Source: Octopus vulgaris (taxonomy: Eukaryota). Taken from it: a stretch of 64,000 bases of DNA. A model generated the notes under the pieces. The model was given only the letters and a program-made list of their open reading frames with translations. It was not told the origin of the DNA and did no database searches. Numbering within the stretch: position 1 is the stretch's first letter; the number at the start of each line of letters is the position of its first letter. The stretch spans positions 56,172,001-56,236,000 of the forward strand of contig OX597827.1 of the NCBI GenBank assembly GCA_951406725.2. The letters are read 5' to 3'. The position numbers and the translations under genes were made by a program. Shown piece after piece: positions 25,740 to 40,365 of the stretch.

Positions 25740-26551
25740 TATCAACTGAGAAGAAGTTCCAGACACCCAGCTGAATACTTGACAGACACTGACTTTGCTG
25801 ACGACATCGCTCTTATCAGTGATTCTCTCTCCAATGCCCAGTCTCTTTTACAATCTCTCGAACAAGCCTCAAATTGTGTAGGTCTTTACCTCAATGAGGC
25901 CAAGACTGAATATATAAACAAGGCCTGTCCAACAGTGATTGCATCATCCATACTCTCAACAATGCGCCCTTAAATATGGTTTCTGATTACAAATATCTTG
26001 GGTCATATATATCATCATCTGGAAAAGACTTTCTAACTAGAAAGGGTATGGCCTGGTCAGCCTGTAATGACATGCATAAGATCTGGTCATCAAATCTAAG
26101 TAGAGACTTCAAACTTGAAATCTTCAAAGCCACAGTCGAACCAATTCTATTATATGGCTCAGAAACCTGGACGTTATCAAAGAAGCTTGAGAGGTAGTTG
26201 GATGGAACCTACACTCACCTCCTTATGAGAGCTCAAAATCTCTCGTGGAAGCGTCATCCAACCAAAATGCAAATATATGGTAAACTACCACCTGTGTCAT
26301 CTCTTGTGAAAGGTAGGAGAGTCCAGTTTGCTGGACATTGTTGTAGAGCTGAAAACGAGGCAATTTCTACTCTTCTCCTCTGGAAGCTATCTACTCGCAA
26401 CACCAGAGGGCACACACTCTCCTACCTTGATGTAATCTCCAGGGATACAGGTATCCAGCAACAGGACCTCCGTAATGCTATGATGGACCGTGAAGTCTGG
26501 CGTAGCATGGTAAATTCCATTGTCTCGACCATGGTCGAACAATGATGATGA

Positions 26552-26553
<2 letters not shown>
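25740..26553 (+). mobile_element. RTE-like LINE fragment of a second family (RT C-terminus to tail)
   Basis: DFADDIAL...GLYLNEAKTEY, YKYLGS, LLYGSETWT, FAGHC; frameshift and stop; short (GAT)n tail. Confidence 0.9.
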
Positions 26554-26592
<39 letters not shown>

Positions 26593-26596
<4 letters not shown>

Positions 26597-27062
26597 GGGT
26601 TGGACAAAATAATGGAAACACCTTAAAATTTCAAACAAATTTATTTTAATATGAGGTAGAACCATCTTTGACAGTAATTACAGCTTGAATTCTTTGAGGC
26701 ATGGACTCATACAAAGTTTGAATTGTTTCCAAAGGAATTTTTGACCCTTCTTCAACTAAAACAATCTCCAGTTCTTGTAAGGATGATGGTGAGGATATTG
26801 ACTCCTTACTTGTTTTTCTAAAATGCACCTTAAATGTTCAATAATATTGAGATCTGGGGACTGTGGTGGCCAGATAAGATGTTCAACACTAGAATGTTTC
26901 TCGTGCCATTCAGTAACAACTTTAGCTGTGTGAATTGGTACATTATCATCCTGAAAGATTGTGTTTCCTTCCAGAAACAGTTCCACAACCAAAGGATGAA
27001 TTTGATCAGATAAAATGCTTAAATTGTCTTGACTATTAATTCTGCCATGAAGGGAAACCATT
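26593..27062 (-). mobile_element. Tc1-like (DD34E) transposon 3' fragment with TIR
   Basis: FQDDNVPIH...WPPQSPDLNIIEHL; TIR-like caggggttggacaaaataatggaaacac next to (TA)n. Confidence 0.9.
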
Positions 27063-28246
27063 TGTGTGTATGTGTGTGTATATGTGAGGCCACGTATCTT
27101 TATACCAGTATACATACACAAACATATGTATAGGGAGAGACATGCAAATTAAATAAAAAGCATTTTCTTTCTCACAATATAAAATTCATTTTTCTGTTTA
27201 ATCTATTTCTAACAAATAAATAAAATATGTTACTTAAAATTCAAGAATAACATTTAAATATATATATATATGAAGCTAATAAATTACAACATAATTTAGG
27301 GGTAAAAAAATATGAATAGTAAAATACCTGGTTATCAATGTTAGAGTCTTCTCGATCCTAAATCCAGATATTATTGGAATGCATAGGAACAAAGAACATG
27401 CATAAGGTAATTATATCGGTATAAGATCTCAATTTTGTACATTTGTGTTAAAAGGTGTTAAAAGGCCAGAAGTAATACAGGAATGCATCTATATAAGTTG
27501 TGTGCAAGTATATATATATTTCTTTACTACCCACAAGGGGGCTAAACACAGAGGGGACAAACAAGGACAGACAAAGGGATTAAGTTGAATATATCAACCC
27601 CAGTGCGTAACTGGTACTTAATTTATCGACCCTGAAAGGAAGAAAGGCAAAGTTGACCTTGGCGGAATTTGAACTCGGAACGTAACGACATACGAAATAC
27701 GGCTATGCATTTTGCCCGGCGTGCTAACATTGTGAGCATGTTTGTGTGTGTGAGTGCATGTGTGAGAGAGCGAGGAGTGGCTGTGTGGTAAGTAACTTGC
27801 TAACCAACCACATGGTTCCGGGTTCAGTCCCACTGCGTGGCACCTTGGGCAAGAGCCTTCTACTATAGCCTCAGGCCGACCAAAGCCTTTTGAGTGGATT
27901 TGGTAGACGGAAACTGAAACTGAAAGAAGCCTGTCGGGTATATGTATATATATATAAGTGTGTGTGTTTGTGTGTCTGTGTTTGCCCCTCCCCCCTCCAA
28001 CATTGCTTGACAACCGATGCTGTTGTGTTTACGTCCCCGTAACTTAGCGGTTTGGCAAAAGAGACCAATAGAATAAGTACTAGGGCTTGCAAAGAATAAG
28101 TCCTGGGGTTGATTTCCTTGACTAAAGGCAGTGCTCCAGCATGGCCACAGTCAGATGACTGAAACAAGTAAAAGAGTAAAAGAGATATGAGAGCATGTGT
28201 GTGTGTGTGTGTGTGTGCGTGGGTGTGTGAATGTGCATGTGTGCAA

Positions 28247-28288
<42 letters not shown>

Positions 28289-29604
28289 GTGTGGTGCTCA
28301 ACTGGTACTTATTTTATTAACTCCAAAAGAATAAAAAGTAAAGCCGACCTCAGTGGAATTTGAACTCAGAACATAAAGACAGATAAAATGCCACCAAGTA
28401 TTTTATCCAACATGCTTAAAATCCTGCTTGCTCACTCACTGCCTCAGCCAGAACAAATATTGCAAGGTATTTTGTCTGATGCTCCAATGAAATAATCTCT
28501 TGTGAATGTAAATAACAATAAGGCTTTCTTTTCCTAAGAAATCTTTCATCAACATGGAACCTATACAAACATTCAACCTGCAAGAAATAACAACCAAATC
28601 TCTCTCAAATTACACTCAACTATCTTAAAACTGGGAAGGACGTGTTGGATATTGCTATACTGCATGACAATACTATCATCATCATCATCATCATCATCAT
28701 TTAGCGTCCGTTTTCCATGCTAGCATGAGTTGGACGGTTCAACTGGGGTCTGTGAAGCCAGAAGGCTGCATCAGGCCCAGTCTGATCTGGCAGTGTTTCT
28801 GTCAGTATTACTATATAAGAAAATAGGTAATACTATCTGAGACCTCCATCGGCCACGACACAGACCATGGGATTGCACCTAGAAAGTTACCCTCCCAGGC
28901 ACAAGTCCAGGCAAGGTTGTTTATGGATACTATATGGTAATACTATATGGCTATTCTATATAAGAAAATACGTAATACTATATGACCATGATATGTGATA
29001 AGGTTAAAGATAATACTTCATAGCTACATTATGCATGAAAAAATGATGGGATGATCACAGCTAGAGTATCTTTCATTACAAGATGGTTTAGTCAGAGTTA
29101 AACAACAATAACTACTATAACAACAGCAACAACAACCAACAGATTCCTGAAATAATGTGAATATCAGCTTTAGATAATGGATTGTTTAGGGTATCAATGT
29201 ATGAGTCCTAGTGTAGTGTATCTGGGACATAAGGGCTGGAAGATTTCATACTGAGAAGAGTTGAACTCGGCACAGCAAGCTAACACTGCAGCTTATAGGC
29301 ATGACTTGAGTTACAGTAGATGCAGATGTGTGGTTAAGAAGCTTGCCTTCCATCCACATGATTTCAGGTTCAGTCCCACTGTGAGGCCTCTTAGGCGAGC
29401 ATTTCCTACTATAGTCCTGGGGCCAACCTAAGCCTTGTGAGTGGATTTGGTTGACAGAAACTGAAAGAAGCCAGTTGTGTGTGTGTGTGTGCATGCGTGC
29501 GTGCATGCATTTGCATCTCCAAGCCTTTCATATATTTTTTGGTCAGCTTGTGAGTAAAGCTCAGTTGTGGTAATGTTGTTGTGGTGTAATTGTCTATTTT
29601 GTGA

Positions 29605-30110
29605 CATGTTACCAGCAGTGATCATTACCAGCGGTGATCGTTACCAGTGGTGATCGTTACCAGCGGTGATCGTTACCAGCGTCGCCTTACTGGCACTCGA
29701 GCCCAGTGCTAGTAGGGTGCTAAGAGCACCATCTGAGCATGATCATTGCCAGAGCAGCTATCTGGTCTCTGTGCCGGTGACACGTAAAAGACACCATTCG
29801 AGTGTGATCGTTACCAGTATCGCCTTACTGGCACCTGTGCCGGTGGCATGTGTAAAAGATTCAAGTGAGGTCATTGACAGTACTATCTGACTGGCCCATG
29901 GCCGGTGGCACATAAAAGCACCCACTACACTCTCAGAGTGGTTGGTGTTAGGAAGGGCATCCAGCTGTAGAAACTCTGCCAGATCAAGATTGGAGCCTGG
30001 TGCAGCCATCTGGTCCGCCAGCCTCAGTCAAAATCGTCCAACCCATGCTAGCATGGAAAGCGGACGTTAAACAATGATGATGATGATGATGATGATTATG
30101 ATGATGATGT
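29605..30110 (+). mobile_element. RTE 3' end preceded by a 16-bp tandem (gcggtgatcgttacca) of about 4 copies
   Basis: 3'UTR, terminal palindrome and (GAT)n tail. Confidence 0.88.
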
Positions 30111-30939
30111 AATGAAATAGTTTTATGAATTGTTTAATTGGATGAGCAGGAATAAAGAATTGTAGAGAGAAACAAGAAGAAGTGTGAGAGAGAAATAAGA
30201 GGAGAATAACAAGAAGTTGAAATGTTTAAAAAATGGCGGTGAAAAGAAGACTGGAGCAAGGAGAATGGATAGATGTCATTAGTTTTATTCAAGTTTCACA
30301 GATAACATTTACACTAAATTGACCATATTTCGTTCAGGAAATTGAGGAGGGGGCTTTATGTCTCATTTGAGTTCATTGAAGCATGTATGTAAACAAACAT
30401 GCTAGAGGTTAAATTGCCATTGACCTCAACCACGGCCTCCAGATGACATCAGAATCTCCTGCAACTCCTTTGGATGGTTTCCCTGTTTAAGTTGGTGAAT
30501 GCTGCCATAATCTTTATCATGGTGCTGTTTTTCTCACTTTGGTGCCCAACTGACCCTACTATACTGTGTAGTCAATAAAATCAAAAGCAAACAATGCTCA
30601 TGTGTGAAATTAAAATTATAAAATGGCAACAATTTACCTATCACACCCTGTATATATGTGAGTATGTTTGTGCATACATGTGTAAGTGTGTAGATATAAG
30701 TATGCTAGCTTATAATGAAGTATACAAAATTCGTAATTATACAAATGTAGGAATAATCTCATCCACTCCTCTTTTACTCTTTTACTCATTTCAGTCATTT
30801 GACTGTGGCCATGCTGGAGCACCGCCTTTAGTCGAGCAAATCGATCCCAGGACTTATTCTTTGCAAGCCTAGTACTTATTCTATCGGTTCTCTTTTGCTG
30901 AACCGCTAAGTGACGGGGACGTAAACACACCAGCATCAA

Positions 30940-32220
30940 TTCATTAACATAATGGCCAATATTATCAATGACCTCCTTCCAACAATCTATAGACTTCTTC
31001 ATACCAATTGTACAAAATTCTTTTGGTTTTGTACAAAAACTGTAGCAGGTGGGTAGTTTCCATTTATTGATATGTTTTAAGAACTAGTCTATCAAGATGA
31101 TTCTGTAAAGTTCAGAATAGGTTTTAATCAGATGGAGCAAGGTCCAGTAAATAAAGAAAGTGTGGAACTTTTTTACAACCAAGGTTTTCAATCTTTTCAG
31201 CTATGATCTTTGCTGTTAGAGGCCTTGTATTATCATGATCAAACACCAGTCAATCGTAGGAAACTAAAGTAGGTATTTTTTCTTTCAAAGCAGTGTTTAA
31301 ACATTATAACAGCTGCCAGTAAATGTTTGTTGCAATTGTTTCATTAACTGATAGTATCTCAAAGTGGATCACACCAAACACAATCCTACTAAACACTAAA
31401 CAACATTTACCTGGGATGGCTGCCCCTTAGTTTGTGGTTTAGCCAAGTCAATTCACCATCACTAAACTCCTTTTTCTTCTTTTTTTCTGCCTGCATCACT
31501 GAACATTCTTGCGAAAAAAATCCATTTTTCTTCAACTGTCACTAATATGTTCAAAAGTAGTGACATGCATTCATGTGTGAGCAGAGTAGCACAAATGTTC
31601 AAATGCATCACAGTTATTTTCTTATTTTGTTATTGCCCACAAGGGGCTAAACATAGAGGGGACAAACAAGGATAGACAAAGGGATTAAGTCAATTACATC
31701 GACCCCAGTGCGTAACTGGTACTTAATTTATCGACCCCAAGAGGATGAAAGGCAATGTTGACCTCGGCGGAATTTGAACTCAAAACATAAAGGCAGACGA
31801 AATACCGCTGAGCATTTCGCCTGGCATGCTAACGTTTCTGCCAACTCACTGCCTCACACAGCTATTTTCTGTCAAGTTATGGAGATTCCACTTTCCAAGT
31901 TTAGACACCTTTCCAAGCCATTTCAGATGCTGTTGAACTGTTGAATGGCGTGAATTCAGCTTCTGGGCTAATTTTTCAACCACAGCAGCACTATTTTGAT
32001 CAGGTTCTTGCAAAAGCAAGTTTTCATTAAATTGAACAGGGCAACCTATTCATGGAGCATTTTGTAAAGTGAAATAAAATTTTCTAAACCTTTCAAATCA
32101 TCTTCAACTGGTTCTTTTGTTTAAAGGAATCTTTCCCATAAACAACATGAATATTTTAAATTGCTTCTACTTCATTATTGCCTTTTCAAAATTTATAAAG
32201 CATTAGAAATGGAATCCTAC
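30940..32220 (-). mobile_element. highly degenerate mariner-like remnant with a SINE B insertion
   Basis: Fragmentary resemblance to mariner transposase motifs only; many stops. Confidence 0.35.
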
Positions 32221-33488
32221 CATAGACACCATGCCTAACAAACACTGAAGTGCAGAGCAGTCCTTTGGTCCATTGAGTCCTGCTAAACTATCCAATCCAT
32301 GTCAGTATAGAATATGAACATCATGATGATGATGATGACGATGATGACGACGATGATGATGATGATGATGATAAAGTATTATATGTCTTAAATTCTTTGT
32401 GGACATCTTTCACCTTTAAGTGGGGTCAAAGTAGTAACTGAACTGGCTAACTCATACTCTGTCATGAATGACCATGGGATTGCACCTAGAAAGTTACCCT
32501 CCGAGGCACAAGTCTGGGCAAGGTTGTTTATGGAAGACCAGCAGTCGCCCATGCATACTGCTTCACCTCTCCATGCCACTGATGTTATCTAAGGGAAAGG
32601 CAAAAGCCGATACAGCTTGGCACCATTTATAAATGTGCAAGCTCATTTATAAATGTGCAAGTAGCCGAGCATTTCACAGACATGTGTACCCTTAACGTAG
32701 TTTCCGGGGAGATTCAGTATGATATAGAGTGTAATAAGGCTGGCCCTTTGAAACAAAGGTACAAGAGAAAGAGGAAGAAAAAGTGAGAGAAAATTGTGGT
32801 GAAAGAGTACAGCAGGGTTCACCACCACCTCCTGCCAGAGCCTCGTGGAGCTTTAGGTGTTTTTGCTCAATAAACACTCACAATGCCCGGTCTGGGAATC
32901 AAAAACGCGATTCTACGACTGCGAGTCCACTGCCCTAACCACTGGGCCATTGTGCCTCCACTAACTCATACTGTAATGACATGAATTACTTGTTAACAAT
33001 TGTTCAAGGTCATTGTAACATGAACTGTTACCATTCAGATATTTTGAAATAACAAACAAAGCAGTTCAACTTACGGATATCAGATTTTTGGATATTACAA
33101 ATGGGATGACCCAACACTAACCTACTTCTACTGAAAACAATAACTCACATCAATTCTATATAGATATCAGTTACAAATACTAACACGAAAGTTATAAGGA
33201 ATCCAAAACATGTTATGTCGCATTCCTGTACTTATTCACTAAATTCTCATAAACTCCCCAAATTGAATATCTTTTTATCCTTTTATTTGTTACAATCATT
33301 TGATTGCAACTGTGCTGGATCACTGGCTTGAAGGGTCTTAATCAAAGAGACCCTAGGACTTTTTTTATGACCAGTGCTCATTCTGTCGGTCTCTTTTACC
33401 AAACTGCTAAGTTTTGGGGACTAAACACACCTGCATCAGTTGTCGAGTGGTGGTGATGGTAGCAGTGGTGGTTGACAAACACAGACGT

Positions 33489-33566
<78 letters not shown>

Positions 33567-34011
33567 TCACACACGACATGCTTTTTTCAGTTTCCTTCTA
33601 CCAAATTCAAAGCTTTAATTCACCACAACAGAATTTCAACTTAGAGCATAAAAAGTGGTGAACTTTGCCTTTCATCCCTCCAGGGTCATTAAAATAAATT
33701 ACCTGCCAAGTACTGACTGTGGTTGATGGTTTCAACTAATCCATCCCTTCATATTTGTTGGCTTTGTGCCAAAATAAGAAGCCATAGCAGAATTATTTAC
33801 ACACTGGACAAAATGCTTTGCAGCATTTCTTCTGGTTTTATGTTCAGAGTTCAAATCACACTAAGGTTGATTTTTACCTTTCAGTCTTTTGAAGTCTTTT
33901 GAAGTAAGTACCAGCTGAGCTCTAAAACTGATGTGATTAACTGTATCCCCCACTACTAACATCACCACCAGTGCCACCACAATTTCTGGCCTTGAGCCAA
34001 TAGTAGAAAAA

Positions 34012-34039
<28 letters not shown>

Positions 34040-34045
<6 letters not shown>

Positions 34046-34340
34046 CACCATCCGATTGTGGCCGTTGCCAGCCTCGTCTGGCCCCCGTGCCAGTGGCACA
34101 TAAAAAGCACCATCTGATCGTGGTCGTTTGCCAGCCTCGTCTGGCACCTGTGCAGGTGGCACGTAAAAAGCACCCACTACACTCATGGAGTGGTTGGCGT
34201 TAGGAAGGGCATCCAGCCGTAGAAACACTGCCAGATCAGACTGGGCCTGGCACAGCCTTCTAGCTTCCCAGACCCCATTGAACCGTCCAACCCATGCTAG
34301 CATGGAAAGCGGACGTTAAACGATGATGATGATGATGATT
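34040..34340 (+). mobile_element. RTE 3' end
   Basis: Two 3'UTR units, terminal stem-loop, (GAT)n tail. Confidence 0.9.
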
Positions 34341-35776
34341 ATTATTATTATTATTAAGGCAGCAAGTTGGTAGAATCGTTAGCACACTGGACAAAATGTG
34401 TGTGTGTGTGTGTGTGTGTGTGTGAGTGTTCACGCGTGCACAAGCATGTGTGTGTGTGTGTGTGTGTGTGTTAAATTCAACTCCAGATTTTTTCAGCTGC
34501 CTCACATATATATAAAAGTATGAATTTTTTAAAATAAGAATTCATTCATGATGAATCCCTGAAAGGTACAAAAGCACTAAATAGCTTTTGTTCAAATCTA
34601 GACTGCCTTTATTTCCTTAATATATACACATATGTATACATATTACACAAGTATACATACATACATACATACATACATACATACATACATACATACATAC
34701 ATACATACATACATACATACCTTGTGCCTATAGTAGAAAGGATTAATTATTATTATTACCAAAAGTTTATCATTTAAGTATATATGAACATGTCTAGATA
34801 TGCAAGTATATGCATGAGAAGACATACATAAAACAAAACATATGAATCTGCATGTATATATACATAAAAAAATACCCTGTTGATGTTGTTGAAATTCCAA
34901 TGAAGGAGCCTTGGATCTAGGTTAGAAACTGGCTCTTTCTCTATTGGCTAGAAATCTTGAAATAAAATTGAATAATGACATACATACATCTGATGGATTC
35001 TCTCATCATGAACAACTAATGAGGGTTCAGTAAAATAAAGTGGTAATCATGTTCTATGGACACGACTTGTCTCTTGAGGCCTACCAGGAAGACAGGTTGG
35101 TTCCTCTCGAATTCTTTATAAACTATTAAATATATCTCCTTCTGTGTATATATATATACTACCAAACAAACATGATTTTTATTGAACTTCTAATACTTTT
35201 TGTTGAATATTTTCTTAAATACTTTCCTGTAAACTGTTTTTAACATTTTCTTATTATTATCAAAGAATGTATATAGGTATTTTAATACTTTTGTGACAAC
35301 CAGTACTTAACACAAAAAAAGCTTATACAAAGCTCTACATTTTACTTTTGACAATCTTTTTCTAAAAAAAGTGAAACCGGTCAAGTGAATAAACATCTTT
35401 AAAATTGCATTTTCAAACCTTCTTTCATGTATGTGCGTGTGTGTGTGTGTAATTGCACAGATGTATGTATGTATGTATGTTTGCATGCATACACACATAC
35501 TGGGTTTGTATGTCAATTGGTAAACTAAATAATATAAGAATTGTTCAATAAAGTCTAATACTATGATTTTATTGTATAAAATCATAGTATAAGATACTCA
35601 ATAATAGCAATAATAAAAGTAACAATAACAATAGGAACAACAACAATGACAACAACAACAACAGCAACAACTTTTTCTAGTCATAACTTTTGTTGTTAAA
35701 AAAGAACTATGAAATAATATATATAAAAATAAAATATAACATAGACAAAATATATAGTTCCAATAAGTAGCTTCAC

Positions 35777-35815
35777 CTCATCTTGTATACTTTCTATTGA
35801 ACCAAGCATATCTAC
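35777..35815 (-). CDS. CFAP43: candidate CFAP43 micro-exon (VDMLGSIESIQDE)
   Basis: tatgcttccAG / GTGAAG; 39 nt, phase 0-0, in unique sequence; no conserved motif to confirm. Confidence 0.45.
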
Positions 35816-36065
35816 CTGGAAGCATAATAAACAGAAATATATTTTACATACAAGCATACATACATACATGTACACTTATATACAAACATATGTACAAAAA
35901 GAGGGAATTATACAGGTAGATATGTGTATATGTATACACATTCACACACACATTAGTAAATGAAGGTATGACTGCATGATTGAGAAGTTCACTTTCTAAT
36001 GTATTAATTTACACATATATGTATATATGTATGTATATATGTATATATATATTTATATATACACA

Positions 36066-36103
36066 TATAGATAGATAGATAGATAGATAGACAGATGGAT
36101 ATG

Positions 36104-36181
<78 letters not shown>

Positions 36182-36239
36182 CGGATGGATATAGATAGAT
36201 AGATAGATAGATAAGATAGATAAGATAAGATAGACAGAC

Positions 36240-36323
<84 letters not shown>

Positions 36324-36357
36324 GGATGGATATAGATAGATAGATAGATAGATAGAT
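36066..36357 (+). repeat. (GATA)n microsatellite, internally duplicated
   Basis: Direct reading. Confidence 0.97.
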
Positions 36358-36871
36358 ATCTGAGTATGTATGATTGTGTACAGAAGAATATATTAATCGA
36401 TGAAATTCCAACTAAGTCTGACTCACATTTTATTACTTGCAATTTTTACAATTTTATATTGAAATAAACTAGTACTTTCATGCATTATACACTTGTCAAT
36501 GTTCACATACATTCACATACTTCTCTTGTACATGCACACGTATACACACATATACTCACACAGAGTTGAAACGCTGTTTGATTTTTCTTTTCAGCACTGA
36601 ATGTTCACCATCCACCTAGTTTGCCATCACCCCTTTCTTCCTTATTCCTCTATCATCGTTTCCTTTCTCTCATTCATGTGTTGTGATGGAGAAAAACACA
36701 AGAGTATTATTATAGTAGCTAACAATTTTTAATAGTTTTCGAAACCAGAAGGCAGATGAAAGATTAAATCATAAAGAATGTAAGTGAATTAGATTTTGCT
36801 ACTTTCAATTTAATTTAAGCTTGATGAAAAGAGTTATTAAATGCTAATTATAAAGTAATGAAATAACTTAC

Positions 36872-36922
36872 ACTTTGTGAACCACTAGCTCTGGATATTA
36901 ATTCAAATATCTCTTGGTTAAA
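36872..36922 (-). CDS. CFAP43: CFAP43 small exon (FNQEIFELISRASGSQS)
   Basis: Strong pyrimidine tract ttcttctctatgttcAG, donor GTAAGT; 51 nt, phase 0-0; position fits the xxxEIxE segment. Confidence 0.7.
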
Positions 36923-38495
36923 CTGAACATAGAGAAGAAAGAAGCCATTATTATAATTGTTATATGTTCAGAGTAGACAAATATTAAAGGTGTTTTCAGT
37001 GCAAAGGTAGGTAAATAAGGATTTGTAATATATCGAACCATAGAGACACCACTCTCTCTCAAAGACTATGCTCAGAGGAGGAATTGAACCCAGGACTGCA
37101 GACTAATGACTGAAACAAATAAAATTTGTTTCAGACAAATGACTGAAACAAATAAAAGAGTAAAAGAGTAAAAGAGTATATAATGAGTTCAAAATTTTAT
37201 AGAAAAGGTTATTCTTTAATTTTTGTAAGAAATATAGTCAATTGCATTTATCTAAGTATTTAATTGATTCTATTTTATTGGCTCTGCAGGGATGACAAGC
37301 TAAGTCAACCCTATAAGGATTGGGAAGCTAACTCTAACAGTTACTCATCTATGTCATTCATAGATTAATTACTAACTAATCATTTTATACATTTTTATCT
37401 ACCAAAACAGGTTCCATTATTTTGTTTTTCTTCTTCAACCACAAATTTAAAGTGATTAGTGATTATTCCAGTCAAAGCAGTCTTATATGAGAAAACTTGT
37501 AAAATTCTGCAGAGTTCAGATTTTTCACTTACACTTGGCCCATGAAACTGCTAATATTAATTTCCTTCTTAGACAGTAAGCTGGCAGAATCATTAGCCTG
37601 CTGGGCAAAATCCTTAGCAACATTTCATCTGTCTTTATGTTCTGAGTTCAAATTCTGCCAAGGTTGACTTCGCCTTTCATCCTTTCAGGGTCAATAAAAT
37701 AAAGTGAGCACTTGGGTTGATGTATTCAACTTACCTCCTTCCCCAAAATTACTGGCCTTGTGCCAAAATTTGCAATCAATATCAATTTCCTTCTAACTCT
37801 TCTAAACCTCAACACTCTTTCAGCTGAGATTCAAATCCATCATAGCCCCTCCCCAATCTTATTAATCCAAGTGTTGTCACTAACTTCCACAGAACAGAGT
37901 CCTTAACAGACACAATATGAGAACAGTGTGACTGGAATACTTTAACTTTCTCAATTCTCAAAACTAGTTTTGTTCCATGAAATAGGAAGACTCTGGCTCT
38001 ATCTGAAGAGTTCCTGGCTTCGGGTAAAAGAAAATACAGGAGTATCAGTTAATTATGATTTTATTCAACATATACCCCTCTCAGATTCACACACTTACTG
38101 CAGTGATCCTTCAGTTTTTCAAAGCTCTGTAAAAGAACTCAGAAGGTTGGCTCTCCAACCAGACCTTTCGTGATACCCTTAAAGCCAGGAACTTTTCAGT
38201 GCCTCCTTGTATACTCCATTTGTGTCTTTGACCAAAGTGTTACAGTAATTGTTGAGCAGAGCAACCAAATATGTTCACAAGGACCTGCTTCCCTATTCAA
38301 CTATATTCTACTGTTTTTAGCTAACTTATGAATCTATATTAGTGTTATCTCTGTATTCTCAGTCAACATTTGAATTTATTCTATGTAACCAGATTCACTT
38401 GTAAACTCTTAAATGTACCCCATCCTCTTTTATAACTATTCCATTCCCGTCCTCAGTTTAATAAGTAAAGAAATAAATAAAGGCATATTACAAAC

Positions 38496-38612
38496 CATAT
38501 CAACTATTTTCTCAACTTTCCGTTTGTTCTCAACCCTTTGCAGTAGCTCCAGTTCTTCTTTTGACCTTTCAATCAGGGGGAAATTTTCAACTTCTAGAGG
38601 AATGAGGAAGGC
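38496..38612 (-). CDS. CFAP43: CFAP43 exon (AFLIPLEVENFPLIERSKEELELLQRVENKRKVEKIVDM)
   Basis: ttctttcctcAG / GTTTGT; VENFP..R..EEL motif. Confidence 0.88.
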
Positions 38613-39977
38613 CTGAGGAAAGAAGAAAGTACAATATTTAGTGACAATTGATGAAACAAATACTGCAACATCCCTCTACTTATAGATCATACAAAAGAAT
38701 TTTGGGAATCCAGTCATCTTTCATGTCAACATGTCCTACCCATGTACAGTGAATTCTCAGCAGCATGGAGATATCACATTTTTCAAAGATTTTGACATCT
38801 GCTATCTTATCTTGCCATTTTATGTTGCAGATATTGCGCAGAGAGATCTTAGGAAAAGAAGTTATTTTTTATTAAACATAAGTAATCCTGAAACTTCTTG
38901 ATATCACCTTGTATTTTGTTCATGTGCTTTCTCTTGAACTCATTGGAAGACAAAAATCATATCAACAGTGCCTCTCCCAGCCTGAAATCCACACTGGGAT
39001 TCAGGATATATTCTTTTCTGTTAATTGTTTCAGTCATATACATATATACGACAGGCTTCTTTCAGTTTCCGTCTACCAAATCCATTCACAAGGCTTTGGT
39101 CGGCCCAAGGCTATAGTAGAAGACACTTGCCCAAGGTGCCATGCAGTGGGACTGAACCCGGAACCATGTGGCTCGTAAGCAAGCTAATTACCACACAGCC
39201 ACTCAAGCTGTTTATTACATGTTTATTGATGCAGTTTATATATATATATATATATTATATATATATATATATATCATCATTTAATGTCCCCCTTTCCGTG
39301 TTGGGTTGGATTGGATGGTTTGAACATGTATATGTATAAGTACACACACACACATACACACACACATACATACATACGTACATACATACATACATACATA
39401 CATACATACATACATACATGATGGCTGTCCACTCGTGACCGAGGAAGACCATTGCCGACCTTCAGGAACATTGTGCGCTCTAGGACTAACTTATATTTTG
39501 CATTTGCAGCTCCGTTGGTGGCTAATGAGCCCAGCTCTTGACAAGCATACACGACTTCAAACATTGCAGACCAAGCTTTCCCCATTCACTATACGAGCCG
39601 TGCGCTTTTGCGCAGCTCGCTTAAGTTCTTCATGCTGGATACGTGCTCTCTCAAGAGTGTCGATCCCCTCCTTAACCTGTTTCCTCCATCCGCGGCGACG
39701 ACAGGCATACATACATACATACATACGTACATGAATACATGTTGGTAATAAGTGTTTATTATGTACCCAAAGGAATTCAATTCAGCTTGTTAGAGAGTGT
39801 CTCATTCCAAATAGCAATGCTCTATTTAAGATATAAAATTTAATGCCACAACTTTGTGGTCAGTACCATTTCAGAATTGAATGTCTTGACCATCAGAAAC
39901 AATGTACTGACTATTGTCCACTTCTGCTAACTGTAACTTTTGTTAATAAAGATTGGAAATTTAGACAAGGATATTAC

Positions 39978-40082
39978 CTTTAGGGATCGGCCCTTGACAA
40001 ACATTTTATCATAGCATTCTTCTTTAATTTTCTCTTTGACAAACAATTTAGTCAGATTTTCATATTCAGTGTTTTCATATAT
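39978..40082 (-). CDS. CFAP43: CFAP43 exon (IYENTEYENLTKLFVKEKIKEECYDKMFVKGRSLK)
   Basis: tttcttttctAG / GTAATA; IKEECxxxMxVKGRxLK motif. Confidence 0.92.
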
Positions 40083-40134
40083 CTAGAAAAGAAATAAAGC
40101 AATCTATTGGATTGTTTCAATGTTTTGCTTCTCC

Positions 40135-40323
40135 TCATTCAACATCGTCATTGACATTGCCGTCATTCTCACTGTCGTTGTCATTGTCATTGTGTCATTG
40201 TTGTCATTGTTATCATCATCATCATCATCAACATTGTTATCATCATCATTATCAACATCATCATCATTGTCATCATGGTCATCATCATCCTTATTATTGT
40301 CATCATGGTCATCATCATCATTG

Positions 40324-40365
<42 letters not shown>

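Noticed and set aside
31411-31490. AG..GT-bounded open segment (AEKKKKKEFSDGELTWLNHKLRGSHP)
   Set aside because: No pyrimidine tract, and it lies within an apparent mariner remnant.
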